A stretch of DNA of 64,000 nt, taken from positions 15,066,001 through 15,130,000 of the forward strand of contig OZ024750.1 in assembly GCA_964016885.1 (NCBI GenBank), read 5' to 3'. The DNA comes from Eledone cirrhosa (lineage: Eukaryota). A model generated the notes under the pieces. It ran no database searches, had not been told where the DNA came from, and saw only the letters and a program-made list of their open reading frames with translations. This document shows positions 58,259-64,000 of this stretch, piece by piece. Position 1 is the stretch's first letter; every line of letters begins with the position of its first letter. Both the position numbers and the translations under genes were made by a program.

Positions 58259-58290
<32 letters not shown>

Positions 58291-58317
58291 AAATATATAT
58301 ATATATATATATATATT

Positions 58318-58349
<32 letters not shown>

Positions 58350-58430
58350 AAATATATATATATATATATATATAAAATATATATATATATATATATATAA
58401 AATATATATATATATATATATATATTTCTC
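57830..58430. repeat. Higher-order microsatellite repeat [(CT)n(AT)nAAAA(TA)nTTT] of about 9-10 units
   Basis: Direct reading. Confidence 0.9.
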
Positions 58431-59038
58431 TTTCTCTCACTCTCTCTCTCTCTTACTTTCTCTTCCAAACCTCTTCCCGATCTTACACGTCCTTTATTAT
58501 ACATTTTATCATTATCACACACGGTCTCTCTCCCCCCTCTCTCTCTCTCCCTCTCTCACTCCCCCTCCCCCCCTTTGCATTTAGTTTCACTCCTTTTCAC
58601 AGTTTCTTCCTTTCTATCCCGTGCTCTCTAGCATTCACTCTCTGTCTCTTTATCTCACCCATTTTCTCTTTCTCTGTCTCTCTAACTTTCTCTTTCTTCT
58701 TCTCTTCGCTTGCTCTATGTCATAATACACACGAGTACACACGTCTGGTACAGCGGATTACAAGAACTTTACATTCATACAGTGAATCAATTTATGTGTG
58801 TAGTAACCCACACCAACACACATACGTATGGATACAAACACACACAGAGGAACTTACGTTTCTATATCTATATACAAATCTACACCAATATCTATATACA
58901 CGCATACATACACATACGAATAGTATGTATGTGTGTATATACTTCTCTATATATGCCAACGGATGTTTACTTATATGATTGTGTTTTAAATTTACAAGTG
59001 AAGGAAACTTAAAAATTTGAAAAAAAAAAAAAAAAAAT

Positions 59039-59097
<59 letters not shown>

Positions 59098-59984
59098 TGC
59101 GATTTGTATTGTTTCAAATGGAAACTTTTCAGCTATTTATAATTTTTCTTTTTTACTACCTTCTAAAATTCTACACATACATACATTTACATAGTAATTG
59201 CCTATATATATTTTACACACGTGCAAAACTGTTCTGTTGTAAACACACGCACACCTGCATAAGCACACACATACAGATGCATGCACACACTCTCACACAT
59301 AGACGCACGTGAAAGTTTTTACGTACACATATACACATATATATATATATTTATATATACACACACATATATATATATATACATATACATATGTCTATAT
59401 ATTTATTTAATCACATACACACACACACACACATATATATATATGCATATAGCTTAATCAGTCTCTTATAAATATGACTATACGCATAAAAGACACGTAA
59501 ATAAACATGTATACTGATTGCACGCGCGTAAAAGTTTTCTCATATAAACATTTCTCCCTCGGATATACATATATTATACATACATGAAAAAGTTAGAAGA
59601 TCCTAGCTTTATCTTCGCGGTGGGCTCATTGAACGTAAAGAATATACAGCATGTACATGTATATAATACAAATGAAAAGTTTTCAGTTGTATAATCCTTC
59701 TCACTGTTTTTCATTTTGTCAATATACAGTCACTCACTGACACGCACACACATACACGTTCACACGGAGTACACGTACACACGTACACACGTACACACGC
59801 ACACACGTACACACAGGTACAAAACTCACATAAACGAAGAGACGGTTAGGTATTATATATAAACATGCGCATAAGCAAACACATGTTTGGCATACACACA
59901 TGCAATATTACACCTCACCTGAAAAGTCAATATTATTCTCCAGACGATACCGGAAATATTAATAATAATAATAATAATAATAAC

Positions 59985-60016
<32 letters not shown>

Positions 60017-60346
60017 TAATAATAATAATAGTAATAATAATAACTGTTATAATAATAGTTATAATGATTGTGACTGGCGATAGTGTTGTATTATTAGTTT
60101 ATCCATTTTTATAATAGTTAGTAATAGTTAGTTCTAGTTATTGTTGTTGGTGTTTGTAAAGTAAAGAAAGTAGTATTAACTTTGATGATATCAGATATAG
60201 CATTAACACAGTAAACTAGGATAAAGTAAGTCTCACAGTACAGTAGCAATGATAATAATAGTAACAACAACACATCAACAACAACAACAACAACAACAAG
60301 ATAACAACAACAACAACTGCAGTGAACGCAGCCCGCATCTAGCAAT

Positions 60347-60429
60347 ATGGCAAAAAATGTTCCAGCATCCTGCTGACCTCAATTCGGCTCCATATGCTAA
60401 CTAGCCTAATAGATCACCCTTATCAATGA
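60347..60429 (+). promoter_or_regulatory. Cluster of three upstream ORFs in the putative GPCR 5' leader
   Basis: ATG...TGA at 60347-60376, ATG...TAG at 60357-60404 and ATG...TGA at 60394-60429. The last stop overlaps the main ATG (ATGA). Confidence 0.5.
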
Positions 60430-61325
60430 ACCAAACAACGGGACGGATTTTACCGGCAATGACATCTGCTACCTCAAAAAGCGGAGCTGAAATCTCGCCC
60501 AGCACACTTCTAAGGCCTCTCTGGGATAGTGACTGTGAAAATGGTTGCTACCCGAATAATTTCTCTCTGATGGTGAACGACTCCTATGATTACAATGGAA
60601 ACTTCATGGTGAAGGATAACCAAACGGAATCTGTAAATGGGCATGAGCTGACCAACGAGTCAAAAATCGGCCTCATATTTCTTTATTCTACTACAACGAT
60701 TTTGGCCATAGCGGGCAATATAATTGTAATATTAGTATTTACAGTTGGAAAATGGTCGCGCACTGACCTCCGTCCATTTCTCATTAATTTGGCTATTGCA
60801 GATCTTGTCATGGCGATCTTTTGTATGCCTTTCACTTTCACATATGTACTTCAGGACACATGGATTTTTTCAAAGCCCGTGTGTCCAATGGTATTATTTG
60901 TACAAATGGTAGCTGTAACAGCCAGTGTCTCGACAAACATGGCCATAGGAATTGATAGATTTTTAGCAGTCGCTTTTCCTTTAAGATCGCGGCTAACATC
61001 AGCTAGGTCGAAATATATTCTACTTCCCATCTGGATTGCATCTGTTATGCTTGCATCTGTTAATCTCTTTGTAGGACGAGCCTACGACGAGACACAAAGA
61101 GGTAGTGGACTATCAAATATAACAATCACAAAGTGTGAAGAAGTATGGCCCAGTTCTACACCCAGACGAGTTTTCACATTATTTGTTTTGACAATTACAT
61201 ATTTGTTACCAATGTTGATTCTTGGAGTTACCTACAGTATTATTGGAGTTATTCTGTGGCGGAGAACGGCACCAGGAAATGCCGATCGAGTACGTGATTC
61301 CCAACAACTTCGCTCGAAAAGAAAG
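60426..61325 (+). CDS. Class A (rhodopsin-like) neuropeptide GPCR, coding exon for N-terminus to TM5/ICL3 (300 codons); tachykinin/RYamide-luqin/leucokinin/GPR83-like group
   Basis: N-terminal N-glycosylation sequons (NQT, NFS, NDS, NQT, NES). Motifs: TM1 'IAGNIIV', TM2 'NLAIADLVMAIFCMPFTF', TM3 Cys plus 'AIGIDRF', TM4 Trp, ECL2 'KCEE', TM5 'YLLP', ICL3 'PGNADRVRDSQQLRSKRK'. Similarity ends exactly at AAG|GTAAGT (61325/61326), a phase-0 donor. The subfamily is an inference. Confidence 0.95.
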
Positions 61326-61532
61326 GTAAGTGAAGTTGTTGTTGACAAACTTCTAATCAACGATTGTTATTATTTTCTTCTTTTGAAACAGTTATTATTT
61401 TCTTCTTTTTTTTTTCTTTTTTTTGTTACACGTAACACATTCCACAGGCTTTTGTTTTCTCCTTCACAGAAACTAAAGCAAACATATTTGCAATGAATAT
61501 ATATTCAAACACCTCTCTCTTTCTCTCTCTTC

Positions 61533-61567
<35 letters not shown>

Positions 61568-61571
<4 letters not shown>

Positions 61572-61668
61572 AACCAGTAAGACCCCCTATTACCCACTCT
61601 ACTACCTCAAGTATTGAGTACTTTGGTGCGTTATGGTCCACCTGGTTCCTTACCACATTTCCTTCGTT
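61568..61668 (+). mobile_element. Family A element, short copy (GPCR intron)
   Basis: Tail 'ctattacccactctactacc..aagtattgagtact.tggtgcgttatggtccacctggttccttaccac' between (TA)n tracts. Confidence 0.85.
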
Positions 61669-61791
61669 ATATATATATATATATATATATGTATCGAAAA
61701 GAAGTAAGTGACATAGTCACTACTTTAAAACTCATAATGAATGGTCTTCTAAATGTTTTTAATTAAACATACAGTATATTGCCAAATATAC

Positions 61792-61835
<44 letters not shown>

Positions 61836-61838
<3 letters not shown>

Positions 61839-61907
61839 GGTGTCCCCAAAATGTATACACACTTTGATTACCTGTAAAGTATGTATACAATTTTGGGGGA
61901 CACCCTG
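61836..61907. mobile_element. 72-bp Tc1/mariner-type mini-MITE hairpin with TA flanks
   Basis: TA|CAGGGTGTCCCCAAAA...TTTTGGGGGACACCCTG|TA, with arms of about 31 bp. Confidence 0.88.
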
Positions 61908-61964
<57 letters not shown>

Positions 61965-62241
61965 CGGGTTTGGGAACCTCTGGATGAGGGAGAACTCAAT
62001 AATCTAGAGTATATATTTTTGTTGATGTAATAGAAGTTACTGCTCTGTTAATATATAATGTTTAATATTTAATCTTTTAATCTTTTCTTGGTTTCCGTCA
62101 TTAGACTGTCACCATGCTGGGACACTGCATTGACTTACTAAAGTTTTCTATTTTTTAAACCTGCTTCTTTTTTTTTATGAACCTCTGCTTCAACGTAATG
62201 CTAAGCTTTCCACAAACGTAAACATAGACATGGATAAATAC

Positions 62242-62286
<45 letters not shown>

Positions 62287-62300
62287 TACACACACACACA

Positions 62301-62340
<40 letters not shown>

Positions 62341-62344
<4 letters not shown>

Positions 62345-62481
62345 AAAAGAGTCAGGACCCCAACGGGTGAGCTTCGGCTGTTTCGACAGCTAGGTCTGAA
62401 CTAACGCACTCTACTTACCCTAAGTATCGAGTACTCTGGTGCGTTATGGTCCACCTGGTTCCTTACCACACTTCCTTCGTT
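62341..62481 (+). mobile_element. Family A element, inverted segment joined directly to the tail
   Basis: 'taggaaaagagtcaggacccc...tttcgacagctaggtctgaacta' followed by the tail, flanked by (TA)n. Confidence 0.85.
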
Positions 62482-62692
62482 ATATATATATATATATATA
62501 TATGTATAAATTAATAAAATAATGAATAAACAAAGAAACAGCTCCTTATATTAAAAAATTCATCATTTTACGATCGTTTCTAGGATATATATGTTAGTGT
62601 TGGTATGCATATCCTATAGATCTATGTAAACATTTTTACAAACTATCAGAGGGAATATACATACCTACACATATATATATATATACATACCT

Positions 62693-62762
<70 letters not shown>

Positions 62763-63027
62763 GTACACACACACACATATTGATATATGATATATTATAA
62801 GGATTCTCTGTCCTAAGATTAAGATTTTACCGTTTTAATAGTAAATTAATCATTTTTCTAATCGTAGAGAATTCTTATAGCGAAGTTTAGACGCTACACG
62901 TTCAAGTTATTATTAAGTTGATTAATCGTGTTACTGGTCTTAACTAGTAACTCCTCGTCTATCTTTCTATCTGTCTATCCATCCGTCCGTTCGCCTCTCT
63001 CTTTCTCTATCTATCTATCTATCTATC

Positions 63028-63217
63028 TCGCTCCTTGAGTTGAGGGTTGTTCTATCGACGGGGTATTAAGCAACCCATTTGTGGCGCCTCCCCCCTATTG
63101 GGGATTTCGATTGTTGAAATTGTTTGTTTTTATATTTTTTACACGACTGTATGTAAAATCCCCGGCATGTCTTTGTATTGTCCCCTTTCTTGTTGCGCCC
63201 TTGTGGCTAATAAAGAA

Positions 63218-63218
<1 letters not shown>
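63028..63218 (+). mobile_element. 3' UTR fragment of Tx1-like LINE in (TATC)n
   Basis: Homologous to 42010-42195, with a ~45 bp flanking duplication. Confidence 0.82.
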
Positions 63219-63257
<39 letters not shown>

Positions 63258-63311
63258 GTCTATCCACCCGTCCGTTCGCCTCTCTCTTTCTATCTATTTA
63301 TATACATACTA

Positions 63312-63655
63312 TAGGTGAGGAAGATGAAAGACCAAGGGAGCACCCCTTCTCTGTGCTCCTGAGGAGAAGGGTTGCACACTTTTTTCGGGGGTGTGTGCGA
63401 CCCCCCAAGGCGCCTCCTCTCTATTGAGGACTTTGTTATAAATTTTATTTTTTGTTATATTTTATTTAATTTTTATATATTGTTATTGCCTCCTCCTTAT
63501 TGAGGACGCCTTGTTTTGTAAACTCCCCCCATTGTACTTGTCCCACTTTTTTAAATTGCATTTGTGATAACATTTTACACGTTTTTATTGTATGTAAACT
63601 TCCCCCTTTGTATTTGTCCCCTTCTTTTCTGCCCCTGTGGCTAATAAAGAAACAT
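63312..63655 (+). mobile_element. 3' UTR fragment of Tx1-like LINE ending in (TATC)n
   Basis: Homologous to 41960-42195 and ends 'gtggctaataaagaaacatatctatc'. Confidence 0.8.
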
Positions 63656-63789
63656 ATCTATCTATCTATCTATCTATATCTATATATACATTTAGTATTG
63701 TTGGGTCACCGCTGGATAGAACTGGTCATTCCGTATAGTCAACCTTGATGTAATATTAGGGAGAGCACTCGACGTAATGCAACTCACCC

Positions 63790-63895
<106 letters not shown>

Positions 63896-64000
63896 TCTTC
63901 ATTTCAATAATCGGACTGTTTTCAGTATTTGGCACTTATTTAATCGATCTCTATTTGTTGAACCTCAGAAAAGGGGTCACAACTTAAACACCACCTTTTA

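Noticed and set aside
59865-60345. Poly-Asn and poly-Val/Leu ORFs upstream of the GPCR
   Set aside because: They derive from (AAT)n and (CAA)n microsatellites and are separated from the GPCR frame by stops.
61326-61496. C-terminal 56 aa of the 356-aa GPCR ORF
   Set aside because: This is read-through into the intron after AG|GTAAGT. It is T-rich and has no TM6 CWxP or TM7 NPxxY motif.

Overview
AT-rich, microsatellite-saturated eukaryotic DNA. The SINE and LINE families look like those of a coleoid cephalopod (Octopus-like); this is an inference from remembered consensus sequences, and no database search was run. The only convincing host gene is a class A neuropeptide-type GPCR near the right end. 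Its coding exon (60426-61325, TM1-TM5) ends at a canonical AG|GTAAGT donor, and TM6-7 must lie beyond the window. Almost all other ORFs in the track are translations of (TA)n, (CA)n or (TATG)n repeats. The rest is a dense transposon landscape: over 20 copies of a Nin/Deu-domain tRNA SINE, a MetaSINE, RTE, CRE-like, Tx1-like and Penelope-like (PLE) remnants, hAT and Tc1/mariner MITEs, a Helitron-like element and several minisatellites. The most interesting unexplained signal is a set of different short non-coding inserts, mostly embedded in (TA)n tracts, that carry type I hammerhead ribozyme motifs. These include two copies with a compensatory U3-A8 core. One family's copies are fold-back palindromes whose turning points fall in or next to the hammerhead. 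Also notable are a (TATC)n-targeting Tx1-like LINE with long target duplications and three uORFs, one in each frame, just upstream of the GPCR.
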